Part shown: positions 41,126 through 54,806 of the stretch, one piece after another | How positions within the stretch are numbered: the first letter of the stretch is position 1 | Layout of the letters: each line of letters starts with the position of its first letter | Assembly: GCA_905331295.1 (NCBI GenBank) | Contig: CAJNYD010000133.1 | Coordinates: 62,001-126,000, forward strand | Length of the DNA: 64,000 nucleotides | Direction of reading: 5' to 3' | Source of the DNA: Rotaria socialis | Lineage: Eukaryota | Translations under genes and position numbers: made by a program | Notes under the pieces: model-generated | Databases searched by the model: none | What the model saw: only the letters and a program-made list of their open reading frames with translations | Told to the model about the DNA's origin: nothing

Positions 41126-43818
41126 GATTATCAACCTTCCTTAAAAAGCAAGAATAATCAAAATAGGGCGCCAAAATTTTCATAAAATGGGAGAGACACT
41201 CCTATTTTTCTATCGCACTAAATTCATGTTCGATACAGTTATGTGTGGGTGTGAACATGAATCGAATTTTTAGTGAAGAGCTAATAGGTATCCACTTTTA
41301 GTCACTATGAACACTGTCACCCTCGTCTGTTAGGAGACGCATATTAACTGCAGTACCACACCCACATCTCAAGGTGGGTTTTGCATGATTTCAAGTGTGT
41401 TTAAAGATGCAAGAGTAAGTTTTTTCGACTTTTGAAATCAGCATCTTATTTCTCTTTGTTCAATTTTATTTAAGCACAAATCGAGAAAAATCAATCAAAA
41501 TTTAGCAAAAGGGAAGTGCAAAATTTAGCATTAATGGAACAGAAACGAACTGAAAAAAAAATATTATTGGGAAAAAAATCCTAATTCGTGATTTATTAAT
41601 TCTCGGTCGTGACCGACTCGTCGATGAATATAATCAGCGTCGGTTATCCACAGATAAATTCTTAATGGTACTTCGTGAAAAACAATACCCAGACCGACGA
41701 TTATGGACTTCATATACAGTTGTAAACGACCACACCTTTCTTATCTGAATAGTAAAAATGATTCAACTCATGTCGATCGTGAAATGCAACGTTATGCTCG
41801 AACTCACAAAATTAAACAAGGCTTTTATTAGGTTCTTTTATGGATATGTTCGTTATTTAAAATAAATAACCTAAATGTTTCCAAAGAATAACAAACAGTT
41901 CACTGTCAAGAACAAAAGAACAACCGTTATTACCAAAAAGAATTACCAACAAGCAATGTATGAAATCGATGGTAAAGACTGTTTGATTTTTTAACCAATA
42001 TTTTCAACTGCATGTAAAAAAAGAGACGTTTAGTTTTTTTGTAAAAAAAAACTTAAAAAAAAATTCTTTTTATGTAACAGTTAGGAAACATCTTTTATTT
42101 TACATTGAAAATATTTGAGCAACTGTTTCATCCGAGTAGAGCATGATCGAAGAAATCATGCAAAATTACTATTGAAATAATACTTTTAATAGCAACTATA
42201 GCGAGTATGTTAGAAAAACAGAAAGATTTTATAGAAAAACTCTGGTTATTAGTCTTTCAGTAACAGGTAAATGCGATGTTGTAATATGTTTTTTTCGATC
42301 AAAAACTTAAAGTACGTATGTGACTTGAATCTTTTCATATTTGACCAATACAATCAATATCATTTTAATGTTCTCTACACTTACCTTAAAATATCTATTT
42401 AATGAAAAATGTTTTACAAGGACTCAATTGAATTCGCATTCTCATTCAACGATTTTCAATTTTCCGATAAAGATGAAGAAAAAACCCCATCACAATAGTC
42501 TGAATCGCAAAACAGCTTCTATTCAAACTTCAAGAAAATTTTCAATTTTTTCTAAGATTTATTAATTCATCCTATTTGATTATGAAAAGAACCGAATCAC
42601 CTTCGATGAAATCTGATGAAATTTGGATGAAATTCTCTTTATGATGTATGTTAAGTTCCTAGAGAAGTTTTTTTAGTGAATCTTACTAAGATCCTACAAA
42701 ATTAATTCAGAAAAATAACCGAACAGGAACTTGAAAAAATCCTGAATCAAACCTGACAGGATACTTTCAAAGTTTCTCAAGGAATGAACAGAACTGAGAC
42801 TAGAGTGATCTTTAGAGTTTAAGATTAAATTTCATGTCATTATTCAAATTTATCTATAAATAAGTTTCTTTCTATCAATATACATATTTGTTTTTACACT
42901 AATAGAATTGATAATGTCCATATCAGTTTCTGCTCGCCTGTGAACATAGATAAAACAAAATAATTCATTTTGTTCGAAGCCGTCAGTATGCATATGTCGT
43001 GTATACGGTATGATTATATAAAAAAAAGTTGATACTCGTTTTGCTAACTTATAATTGTTCTTTATCACAAAATCATATCCATACTCACACAACGCAATAC
43101 AAAAGAGGAATATTTTTATTTTCTGCAAACTTCTTCAGATATTAATTGATCGTGTTCAATCGTCAAAAAGGAAACATAATAATTTTTGCTTTAAATCAAC
43201 TCCATAAGGCGTTCTGTTTGCTACTCGATCATCTGACTGGCCTCCCATCATTATAGCAAGAGCGACAGTATGAAAAAACATTTTTTGACAACGTGCCTCT
43301 CTTTCTTTACATTAAGAAATTACATTACTTGTATAAACAGGTTTCACTTCTACTTATCAAGTGCAATCGCCTTTTCCACTTTTTCATTTATAGGTCTTCT
43401 CGTAAAACATATCTATCAATAACAACATGCAGTGATGAAGCCTCGTCAGTTTTACGAATGTTTTTTTGCGCACTCTCTCATGTAGGGGATGTGAAAATGA
43501 ACCAGCTTTCTTGTAAACATTGTTCGGAATCACTAGTGGTTATTGCAAGAGGATCAGCTAGTTATGGATGGGGAGTATATTTTTTTGTTGTTTGAATTGA
43601 CAAGTATGTTTTGTTTTATATACAAAAACCATATTCATTAGCGTAACTGGTTTCTCCAGTATAAAGAAGAGTTTATTGCAAGTTTAAAAAAAATATAAAT
43701 TAATCAAACTTTTAAACATTGATTGACATAGAACATTCTGGTCTTTTATTATATTTGGGAGAGCAAAGATACATGAGAATGAGGACCATTAAATCTCCTG
43801 CCATACCTGAGAGACATC

Positions 43819-44360
43819 TTTTATGTACTCAAAAGAAAAAAGAGTACATTATAGAATCGGTCAGTGTGCCCGGCCGTCCGTCCGTTTATTCGATAACTCT
43901 TCACAATTACATTCGATTGAGCTGAAATTTTGTGCACAGAATTGTCTCATCAATATCTAGGTCGAGTTCGAAGATGAGAAGGATTCGCCAAGAAGTGGCT
44001 GAGTTATCGAAAAAAATGTCATTTTTGATCAGACCATCTCTGAGGAGGGGTACAGGATTTTTCAAAAAAAAACTTTGTTTTCTCAGAATTATCCACAACA
44101 TATATAAATCGACTCAGTTTTTAACGCTGATTCTAAATCTGATATTAGTTTTGAACTGAATCGTAGCTTTCTAACGAAACATCGCCTGAAAACTGAAAAG
44201 CGTCTCAAAATGCACAAAAACTGCATCCAGAAATCAAATTGCCTAGTTTCTCATGATAATTTTCGTGTTCAGACATTATAGAATGGCTCATATGTCCCAT
44301 GCATTTTTTGCAGTACACATATAACTCTCGGATGAAATCCGAAGTTTCCACATTTATTTT
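43819..44360 (+). mobile_element. Non-autonomous Helentron-associated (DINE-1/HINE-like) element
   Basis: Starts in a T-run with hairpin atgtactc-N11-gagtacat (43823-43849), followed by a ccgtccgtccgt microsatellite. Ends with a sub-TIR-like cagtacac, stem-loop tcggat-gaa-atccga and a T-run. Confidence 0.65.
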
Positions 44361-46928
44361 ATACAAGCATAAGCTCAGAATGAAGGGGGACAAAGCTGAA
44401 GATTTTTAGAACGTGTACACATTAATCACAATGGAAACTTTTTAGAGGACTATTGGTGGACTTCTGTTCGCCGTTGGTTTCATTACGCACTAATATTTGT
44501 TTCCCTCTCTGTCAATCTGTTTCAAGACAATCAGTTTTTCTTATGATCTTGATTAAATTTTGATGTGTATTTGTGAAGCATAATAACATCATTACATACC
44601 TACCATTTGTCGTGTAGCAATTAAAACGATAGTTGCACTTGTTTAGAAAACACAGAGCAACAGTCACATACAGAGAACAAGTAGAATCACAGGAGAGCAT
44701 CACACGAGGGTTTTACTTTCTCTCTCTTAGCATCGTTTACTGCTTTATAATATAAAAGGTAGGTCTATTTACTTATTCACGATCAAGCGATGACTATGAC
44801 ACTACTTGTAGAAGTGAACACATAAATTGAGAAATATTCATGAAACATCAAAAACCAGTGTCTTTTTCCAGTTTTCTTCTGATTGATATAACAATGTTGA
44901 TCGCTTAAGTGATTCTGAAATAATTATAAGCATATTAGTTTGCAAGATGTATCTCAGAGATTCAACAATACATTTATATAGGCTATTCACTATCGATTGA
45001 TGAAACATTTGTTGTTTTTTTACGTAACGGCGATTTCCTTGTAGTCAACAATTCCTGCCGATTTTTCTAACAATCCAGGTTGATTCTATCTTGATTTCTT
45101 GCATTTTCCCCAGTAATTCATAACAACATTTTCTGTCCAATATGAATGCAATGATAAGATCATTTAGAGTAAACAACATGCCACAACTATTTTAAGATAT
45201 GTAGAGTTGAATGGGATAAATCAATGATACTTTCGACATCTATATCTTCTGTGATCGACAACTTCTATCTTGCTTATCGGATAAAACATTTTTGACACCA
45301 ACTATGCATGGCTAGAGTATTGCTCTAGAAACTGTTCTATTTTGTTTCTTGAAAGATCTTCAGAAAAATTAGCTGTGACAATTGCTTCGCATGAAGTATC
45401 TGGTTAGCGACTCGTGGAAAATGTTGCCAGTTTTTCAAATTGACTGTGATAGAAAAATTATCTAGTTTGCTGAGTACTATCATTCTGAAATATTATGCGA
45501 ACATCTTTTGAGAGAGGTAAGTGTTTTCTCGCTAATACTGAGTAAAGATGAAAATAAATTGAAAATGTAGTCGACGCACATGAACGAAAAAAATTTTAAC
45601 TGATAGTTGAATAAAAACAAATATTTCACAGTCAAGTACGCTTAGTTCCATTTCGATAGTCGAATGATTCTCACTTAAACATCATCTGGTTCAAGATGAA
45701 TGTATTGTACATCGGGAAATAGTTCAGAACAATCGAGTTAGTAACCACATGTTGGGCTGAAGAGTTGTATGAGCAATTATTCGAGTCATATACGTAGTGC
45801 ACACCCTCCTCGATTCGAGAATTCTCCATGTCGAGTTCCTTGATGCAATCATCAATGAGTTGGATGCATTTTTATTTGGTTCTAGTAACGAGGGAAATTA
45901 ACTGAACAGGTTACTGTAACTTTTATATATTGAACATAAGTTGAATGTTTATTTCAATAGTGAAATAATCAAGATGAAGGGAATAAAAATAATAACCAAA
46001 AACTAATAGAAGAAAATATGTGTATATATAAATTTTGACTACTAATTATTATTCAAACACACAGAAACAATCAACTAGATAAATATGAATATTTATCGTG
46101 AAGAACAGCTTAATAACTTATTATGCGCAGAATTTTCTTCTACATGAGTAATGTCGATATTGTTTAAATCATGATGTAGCTTATCATGAAAACGATTTAC
46201 ATTATTCAGGTTGCCTTTTTTATCGATTTTTATAACACTAGATAACTAATATTTTTATAAGACATATTTTGCTATAATCTGTAGTGTTAAAAATCGAAAT
46301 TAATTTATGTCTTTGAATTCTGCTTCAATTCACTTTGAAAAATGAATATTTCTAATACAATTCTGTTATAACGATAACAATGATCATTATAAATCATGAA
46401 GCACAATACTGCTGTGATATCCGAATATATAATTACTTTTTACAAAATCTCTAGGTACTGTAGAAATATATTGAAAATACCGAATCTAACTATTTTTTCA
46501 AGGGAATATATAAAAAATATTATTGATTCATCTAAGGGAACTCTACTCAAGAATATATATTTTACCACAAGATATATAGTGAGTTTTTAGCAACATTCTG
46601 ACTGATGTAGTGCCTTGTGATAGGATTCGTCGCCAGCTGTGATGAGAAATGGGCAAGTGAGACAGTACGCATCCAATAAAGCTGAGAAAGTCTTGAGCGA
46701 GAACTATGTTATGGTGACAGATTTAGGAATTGTTCGTAAAATCACAATCAACCATAAAACTTGACTCAGATGCATATGTGTTTGAATGAATTTCGAGCTA
46801 TTTCTGTAAAATCTGTGGCAAGCACTACTCGGATTCTATGAGTAAGTAAAAGTCATTGATGAGCTTTCTTCTCTTCTGTTCTCTGCTCGAGGTCTTAAAA
46901 GTCAACAACTACATACGTTTCAGAAATC

Positions 46929-48452
46929 ATGACTTCTGTTGTCGATCTACAGAGATCGAATCAAGCTACACAAGAAAATTCTCCGGTGATTGCTGTGTTG
47001 CAACCACAGTCAACGCTAGAATCAAAAAATGAAATCCCATATTCTACATCAACATCAACCGACTACAAAAGAGCCGAGCGTAACTTAAAACTCAAGCTCG
47101 ATGCAGTCATCCTCCCTTTGACCACATTTCTCTATTTGTCTGCTTATCTCGACCGAGGTAATATGGGCAACGCCAAGGTGCAAGGAATTCAAACAGATCT
47201 TATGGGAAGTTCGGACACACAATTTTCCATCGCGCTTGCGTGTTTCTACATGGCATACATTGTCTTCAACGTCCCCGGTAACATTATGGCGAAAGTGTTA
47301 AAACCCTCCACTACGATGGCTATCGCTGCGCTCATTTGGGGCATTGCCTCCACTCTCCAAGCGGCTGCTTTCAATTTTGCCGGTATTGTCGTATGCAGTC
47401 TCTTTATCGGCATTGGCGAAGCAGGTTTTGGTCCCACGGTACCTTTCTACTACTCCATTTGGTACAAGCGTGATGAGATCGCCATGCGCAATGCTTTGTT
47501 TATTGGATGTGGTGCACTAGCCGGTGCGTTCGGTGGTTTGATTGCGTATGGTGTTTCACATTCGACAAACAGTAGTATTAAACCTACGTGGAGAATCCTC
47601 TTTCTCATCGAAGGTCTGCCCACGCTCGTACTTGCTCTGCTCATTTTTCTATTTTTGCCGACCCACCCTGAAAGCAGTAAATATCTCAGTTCAGAAGAGC
47701 GCGTACTGGCCACTACACGTCTCATGAGTAGCCAAGCTAATGGTGTACACATCAGAAAATTCCGATGGTCGGGCTTCCGTCGTGCGATTACGGATTATAA
47801 GGTCTACTTGTGTGGTGTCATGTATTTAGGTGTTAATTTGACGCTAGCTTCCATCTCTGGGTTTTTGCCAACTATTATCGTATCACTCGGATATAGCAAT
47901 GCTGATGCACAACTCTACACAGTACCACCATATGCTTGTGCAGCCGTGTTCATGATCATTACATCGTTTCTTTCCGACAGGTTTCGTTGCCGTGGTCTAT
48001 TTGTCGCCGGTGTGATGATGATCTCGTGCACAGGATGGATAATTCTCTTGGCAGTAGTCGACAATCAAAATGTGCGCTACTTTGCGACCCTCCTTCTGGT
48101 CATGGGTAGCTTTGCTGCCGTTCCACTCATGCTCACGTGGGTCTCAAACAACTCAGCCAACGAGTCCCAGCGTGATGTTGAGCTGGGAATGCTCAATGGG
48201 ATCGGTCAGTGCTTTGCCATACTCGCTGCCTTCATTTTTCCCTCCACAGATAGTCCACATTGGAGTAAAGGTTTCGGACTGAATTTGGCCTTCAATGCAC
48301 TGGCTGTCATTGTTGCCGTCGCGCTCTACTTGATTCTTTGCCACGAAAACGCTCGGCGTGACAAGAAGAAAGGCGGTCGTCCTTTTGACATGGTACTAGT
48401 AGACGTTGATACATATAACGATCTAGCTACTGGTTTCCGCTACGTGGCCTAG
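46929..48452 (+). CDS. MFS transporter, fungal anion:cation symporter (Dal5/Tna1-like) type, 507 aa, intronless CDS
   Basis: KLDAVILP...YLDRGNMGNAK, GIGEAGFGP, WYKRDE, WRILFLIEG, AQLYTVPPY, SDRFRCRG, C-terminal GFRY; about 12 hydrophobic segments; visibly GC-richer than its flanks. Confidence 0.93.
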   Translation: MTSVVDLQRSNQATQENSPVIAVLQPQSTLESKNEIPYSTSTSTDYKRAERNLKLKLDAVILPLTTFLYLSAYLDRGNMGNAKVQGIQTDLMGSSDTQFSIALACFYMAYIVFNVPGNIMAKVLKPSTTMAIAALIWGIASTLQAAAFNFAGIVVCSLFIGIGEAGFGPTVPFYYSIWYKRDEIAMRNALFIGCGALAGAFGGLIAYGVSHSTNSSIKPTWRILFLIEGLPTLVLALLIFLFLPTHPESSKYLSSEERVLATTRLMSSQANGVHIRKFRWSGFRRAITDYKVYLCGVMYLGVNLTLASISGFLPTIIVSLGYSNADAQLYTVPPYACAAVFMIITSFLSDRFRCRGLFVAGVMMISCTGWIILLAVVDNQNVRYFATLLLVMGSFAAVPLMLTWVSNNSANESQRDVELGMLNGIGQCFAILAAFIFPSTDSPHWSKGFGLNLAFNALAVIVAVALYLILCHENARRDKKKGGRPFDMVLVDVDTYNDLATGFRYVA

Positions 48453-48766
48453 AGTTGTGTTTCAAGTGTGCATATGTCAAACTAGATGAATGTTTGTTCA
48501 GACATAAGCAACGTCACTACTAGACTTCTTCAAATACCAACGTATTTCTTCTCAGACTCAAGACAGTGGATCATCATCCTAAGTGCAGCTACTAGCTTTT
48601 GAACGTATATCTTGTGACAATGTAGACGTGATTGATTCTATGAGATTGCATGATAGTCGTGATATTAACATAAAGTATCAATCGATCACATTAGGAACAC
48701 TATATGCCAACAAAGAGAGGGAGCGTGGTAGTGGTGTGTGTGTGTGTAGAGGGGGGGGGGGGGGNT

Positions 48767-48855
48767 TGACCACATTTCTCTATTTGTCTGCTTATCTCGA
48801 CCGAGGTAATATGGGCAACGCCAAGGTGCAAGGAATTCAAACAGATCTTATGGGG
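48767..48855 (+). repeat. ~89-bp copy of MFS coding sequence (47118-~47206) directly after an N; probable assembly artefact
   Basis: Identical to ttgaccacatttctc...gatcttatggg; preceded by poly-G and an N. Confidence 0.8.
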
Positions 48856-49318
48856 GGGGTTAATAAGTAAGAATGATCCGTTTCGATCATGCTTAAACGT
48901 CACATCAAATGGTTTACAATTTAAGACACATTGCACTTAAGTCATGAGCTATAGTGCTCAATCGAGTATCTTTGATCTCGACTATTCTCATACATGTGCA
49001 CAGAAGCAAGCATTTCGTGGTGTTTTGCGGAAAACGCTTCAAAAAATATTGAAGCAATTGTATTTTATTACAGTTTTAGGAAAAAGCCAAAATGTCGATG
49101 AATTCGTCCAGTATTACGAATGTATCTCGAAAACAACCTAGCAGATTGTGATGAAATTTTGTGTGAATACTTACACTTGGTAACTCTCACATCGTAAAAA
49201 AACTCGCACTGTTACCAAAAACTTCAGCAAAAGTTTCAGCTTTTGCATTTAAAGTCAGCGTTCAGGTGAACCTCGTTGGAATTAGTGTTTATGCTCTAGA
49301 GGAGATGTCTAAAGCTTT

Positions 49319-50535
49319 ATCAGATTTTACAAGTCTATCTGATTTTATTATTGGCAGATAGATTTTCCATTCATAAGTTATTCGAAGCTTTATTGAATGA
49401 ACTACAAAATTATAACTCGGTTTTTCAAATATGCTTTGCGCATTCTGAGAAAAGCGTCTAATTACCATGGTAACATGAAAAACATAATTCTGATTCGAAT
49501 GACCAGTCTGAAGATATATGGACGGTGTTTCATGTAACAAAGATCGAGTTGGTTTATTAACTTACAACCAAAGAGTCATTCAGACCTATCCAATTTTAAA
49601 TGGTTATGCAAGGGATTTAAAATACTAACATCTAATAGACAAACAAGCCATTCACGACATATGAAATCTAGTAGATCTACAGAAAGTAATCCACCGAAGG
49701 AAACAGAAACACTAGTAGTATTGTTTTATAAATTTATTTATTTCTTATCAATATTAAAAATCGAGACGATTCTTATTTATGATATTAAGAGGAAAAATAA
49801 AAAATGAACAAAATAACATTGTTTAGTATCAATTGGAAATTCAAACTCCAAATTGGGTATTTTACGTAAATTCCAATCAATAAATTTGACTACAAACGTT
49901 GCAACTAATTGACTTGTGTTACGATCNATCAGATTTTACAAGTCTATCTGATTTTATTATTGGCAGATAGATTTTCCATTCATAAGTTATTCGAAGCTTT
50001 ATTGAATGAACTACAAAATTATAACTCGGATTTTCAAATATGCTTTGCGCATTCTGAGAAAAGCGTCTAATTACCATGGTAACATGAAAAACATAATTCT
50101 GATTCGAATGACCAGTCTGAAGATCTATGGACGGTGTTTCATGTAACAAAGATCGAGATGGTTTATTAACTTACAACCAAAGAGTCATTCAGACCTATCC
50201 AATTTTAAATGGTTATGCAAGTAATTTAAAATACTAACATCTAATAGACAAACAAGCCATTCACGGCATATGAAGTCGAGTAGATCTACAGAAAGTAATC
50301 CACCGAAGGAAACAGAAACACTAGTAGTATTGTTTTATAAATTTATTTATTTCTGATCAATATTAAAAATCGAGACGATTCTTATTTATGATATTAAGAG
50401 GAAAAATAAAAATTGAACAAAATAACATTGTTTAGTATCAATTGGAAATTCAAACGCCAAATTGGGTATTTTACGTAAATTCCAATCAATAAATTTGACT
50501 ACAAACGTTGCAACTAATTGACTTGTGTTACGATC
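49319..50535. repeat. 608-bp direct duplication (49319-49926 / 49928-50535) separated by a single N
   Basis: Copies differ only by scattered substitutions; the junction is an N, as expected for uncollapsed allelic contig ends. Confidence 0.9.
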
Positions 50536-52114
50536 ATGTCATATCGAAACAGTTTTAATTGGTGTGGAATCTGCTTGTCTGATGTATAAACGGTGGTCAA
50601 TAATAAATCCAATAGCTGAGTCATAATGAGTTCACCATGTCAAAGAAGGTCCACCACAATCTTTATTTATGATAATTTCATCATGTTTTATTTTCCCCAC
50701 CATGTCCCTTGACAAGATCACCCTAATAGTCCATTCCATTCGATGACGCACCTCTATTTGCAATAAATGGAGGTGACTATGTGAGAGTAAATGAATTAGT
50801 TCGACTTTCACTAGGAACATATATAGTTTGACTGTTACTCGGTGATGTTGGATCGTCATCAAGTGAATAGCCTTTACGACTTAGTCAATAAATATTTTTG
50901 TCTATTACATAATATTGCCGAGCTAAATTATCGGTCGCAGTTAATCGATATCGGATAGGATTTTGAATTTGAGTTGTTGTTAAATTGATTAATGGTAATA
51001 TCAATAATAGAAGTGTAATAATCATCATCGCTTGAGTTTAAATGGTCTAATGATCAAAGCGAAGAAGAATTATATAGTATTATCTAAAAAAAATGTCTTC
51101 TACATACTTTTTTCGTGTATTAGATTACAGATGACGAATGAATGCTGTGCTATCTGACATCAGCAATTTTAAAAAATGCAAGCAACTACAAATAAGACTA
51201 ATCATTCAATGAATTACATCATTTGAAAACAATGATAATGGAAAAAAACTTAAGTCTGAATAAATAGTATTGTTTTTACTTCTTAAAACGGAATGATTGT
51301 TCTAGAAATGCAACATATTGCCATTGCCTATATTTTCTACGAGAAGTCTTATAAATACTTATGGTTAGAATCTGACTTTAGTCATGCAAGGCACTATACA
51401 AATCATTTATGAGTGGCAACTAAACAACTTTTGTTTCATTATACGAAATTAGTGCTGAAAACGTACCGAAATGAATGACTCTTAAACAGTTCCAGCGATG
51501 GATATGCTTTTTTAAATAATATTATTCTTTTGACGTTTGGTTCTGTATATTTTCTGATGAATGCCTGTGTGTAAGTTATGTTCTCTGGTTTGTTTTTCTT
51601 GATTTTCTAACCAATATGTATATCTATGAAGGATGTGAAACAGATACGAAGATGTCAAAGTAAATATGAACATCGATCTAGGATCTAACCCTTTCTGGAC
51701 AATATCAGAATATATCAAGAGTTGATCAATAATCGTTGACTTTTAACTGACAATTTGCATTAGATAAAAATTGGTTCAATATCTTGTGCGTCATAAGGCA
51801 TTAACGAAAGCAGAAGCAAATAAACTTATTAAAACAGATGATTCCATCCAATCTGCTCCATTCTTTTTTCATATTTCTTGTTCATAGGAAAGGGAAAATC
51901 CTTACGGTCGATCATCGTATCTATCAGTGCATCCCACGAGAAGGCGTGGGGTATGGGCTGAGGTGGATATTTGTGTAACCTGTCTGAACACCTATACTTA
52001 TATCTGAATTTTAGTCGACTTAACATTTGATAGATCAGAATATTCAAATGATTCATTATAGAAAAAGGAAACAATGTTAAAATAGTATAAAAAATATTAG
52101 TGTATCGTACTGTT

Positions 52115-54537
52115 CTAGCTAATGTAATTTGTCCAAAGTTGATGATCCATAAATGTCATATTTCTTTCTCGAATATCGAATGATGTTTGTTGTCGATCAC
52201 TTTCAAAAACCAAAACTTCATTGAGACCTTGTTTCAAAATATGTGCTGGTACATACATTGTACGTTGCGGACCTTTTTCACTAAAACGACCGAGATTAAA
52301 TGAATTAATCATTATAAAACCATGTCCCCAACTATCTGTACAAAGAAATGAATGCAAAGGTTGTGACATATTGATCGTAAATATACTTCGGTAGAATGAT
52401 GGTGATACTGTCGAAATATTTGATACAATTGGTTGCCAATTAAATGTACTTGCCTGTTTAGTCAATTTATCATCCATAGGCAATTTTGTTATTGTCCAAT
52501 TGACTAATTCTTGTAACCCTAAACGAGGTTTATCTTTCATGCCTTTAAAACTGCAATCAAAACTAGAAAGGTCACCAAAACAACGTCCTTTATTTTCTAC
52601 TAAAATATCTAATCGTGGATTTGGATTTGTTTTCAAAGGATGTCAATTCAGTATTGTTATTGGATCTTTTTCACTCCATCCAATACAACCTTGCACAATT
52701 CCATCTAATGAGACAACAGCTCGATCTTGCATCCATGGTAATAATAATGGTTCAATGATGTCAATAAAATTTTTCAATTGTGTAGAATAAAGTATGTAAC
52801 CATAACTTTGATTAAGATATTCAAATTGAATTGGTGTGTTACTATTGTAAAGAACATCAAATGGACGAAGATTTTGAATTAATTCAGCTTGAGAATCAAA
52901 CTGAATTGTACCATACAAACCTTTTGACGATGGCAATGGTGTTGGCATTGGCTCTAATGGAAGATATTTTCCAATGACATCACGCACAGCTTTAAATTTT
53001 GTTTGATGCGCATCACCACATTCTGTTATCATAGTGTCATAATCATAAGATGTTGTTATTGAATGATATACAAGTGTCCAATCGCCACCATTTGTAAATT
53101 GAAAATTAGTTCCGCCAAATACCATATAAAAGTTAATTGAACCATTATAAGATAATATTTTATCAACTCCATTGGAAAATTGTTCACTGTCCATGGTTTG
53201 ATGCGGTTTTCCTTCATAATCCATCCACGCTGGATAATATTCCATAACCATAAATGGATTATTATCTGGCAAATGCTTTCGTAATGTAGCTAATGCATCG
53301 GGTGTTGAATGATGAATTGTATATTCTAATGCTGTCCATGTATTCGGTATAATGGCTTTTTTTAATGATAGACTATCAGGCCAGGCTAGAGTATTTATTA
53401 AAGTTTGAATACCACGTCTAATTAAACCATCACGTAAATATCCATAATATAAATGACTATCATCAAAACTAATTAATGGTAAATCAGAATCATCTTCGAT
53501 TTGAAAATTAATTATATTTCCACCTAAATGGTATTGTAATGGAACTAAACGTGGAATTAATTGATCAAAATAACGATCAATCAATTGATAATATACTTGA
53601 TTTGGGCGGCGTATAGAAATTTGTTTTTGCTTTGTTATCCAATATGGAAATCCACCAAAATCAACGTCGCCCGTTATATATGGTCCAATACCGACAATAA
53701 CTAACAGATCTAAGCTATGTGCTAATTGAATAAATAATAGAAAGTCATGTTCTGGTTTATCGAATACAAACATGCCATCTTCAGGTTCATGTAATGCCCA
53801 CCATATATATGTTGTTATAGTGTTACATCCGAGTTTTTTAATTAAGCTAAGTCGGTTTTGCCAATCCTAAATAAATCTTATGCGATTTAAATTGTATAGT
53901 TTTTTTCATACATAACACATTCCGAAATATTGGAGGTGAATGATACGAACTGTTCATACAAATACAAAAGATGTGTTGAAAGTAGTAGCAAATGTTAAAA
54001 ATCACAGAAAAATTGGTAAGTATAAGTATTGGCTGATTATGTTACATGACAAGTTTTTAGATGCATAACCTGTTCCTTCGCAGAGATTAAACATGTTTGA
54101 AATCAATATGTTTGCAGTAGCAAAAAAAGACGGCCCATGAAAGTGATCTACCTTCCCTAAGCCTAAGCCATATTGGCTTCTAGAGACATGTGAGAAGAGC
54201 TAAATATAGCTTTTAAAAGATCGCATTTTCTCATGTGAAAAATAGTCTGATAGACAACAATAACTTTTATGATGTGTCCATTTTTATTAGTTTACCTGGG
54301 GTAAACTACGCCAATAGTGTATACTTCCTGCTATAATTCGGTAAAGTTGTCCATCTTTCATAAAATCATTACCAATTATAGTAAAGTTACGTATAACTGG
54401 CTGTTTTGATGTTGCATTCTACAAAACGCGAAAAAAAGAGAAAACAAGTTAGTTTTGTGTTGTAATATGATATTGTCGCAAAAACTTACAATATTATAAG
54501 TACAGAATGTCAACAATAGTAGAAGTATATGTATCAT
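52115..54537 (-). pseudogene. GH35 beta-galactosidase-like gene, 3 exons (54537-54490, 54418-54296, 53866-52115), in-frame TGA at 52645-52643
   Basis: Signal peptide; FMKDGQLYRIIAGSIHYWR, WQNRL, YIWWALHEP, GPYI, MEYYPAW, NFYMVFGGTNF, TSYDYD, LDILVENKGR, FNLGRF, GPQRTMYVP. The two long ORFs are in the same frame and separated by one stop. Confidence 0.85.
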
Positions 54538-54806
54538 TGTCTTAAATAATGAATATTATGTTGAATAAAAAATAAATGAGAATATGAATAAATTGTATGC
54601 AAAAAAAGCTGTTAGCGCAATCCCTGTGGGATTAAAATGTGACACACGATGAAACTCCTTTTCTGGAATTCGTGTACCACGGTCAGTAATGGTCTGTGGA
54701 ACTTCTCTGTTACAGTCTGTATTATGATGTAGCGATGGAGTCTCCAGAAATCATCACAGACCGTTACAGGGAAAATAATCAATTAATTTCTTTGTAATGA
54801 TCTGGN

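Noticed and set aside
41580..41832. Coding-looking fragment (LLILGRDRLVDEYNQRR...REMQRYARTHKIKQGFY)
   Set aside because: Frameshifted, with no clear start or splice structure and no family I can recognise.
47246..48344. Overlapping and antisense ORFs within the MFS gene (likewise within the Ago, GH35, 7TM and Amt genes)
   Set aside because: Shadow ORFs of real coding sequence with no independent motifs.
48583..48870. Second MFS gene or chimeric ORF
   Set aside because: Only an ~89-bp exact copy between poly-G runs next to an N; most likely an assembly artefact.
49319..50535. Biological tandem duplication and the twin ORFs 49289-49540 / 49919-50149
   Set aside because: The copies abut a single N and differ by scattered SNPs, typical of uncollapsed alleles; the ORFs have no recognisable motifs.
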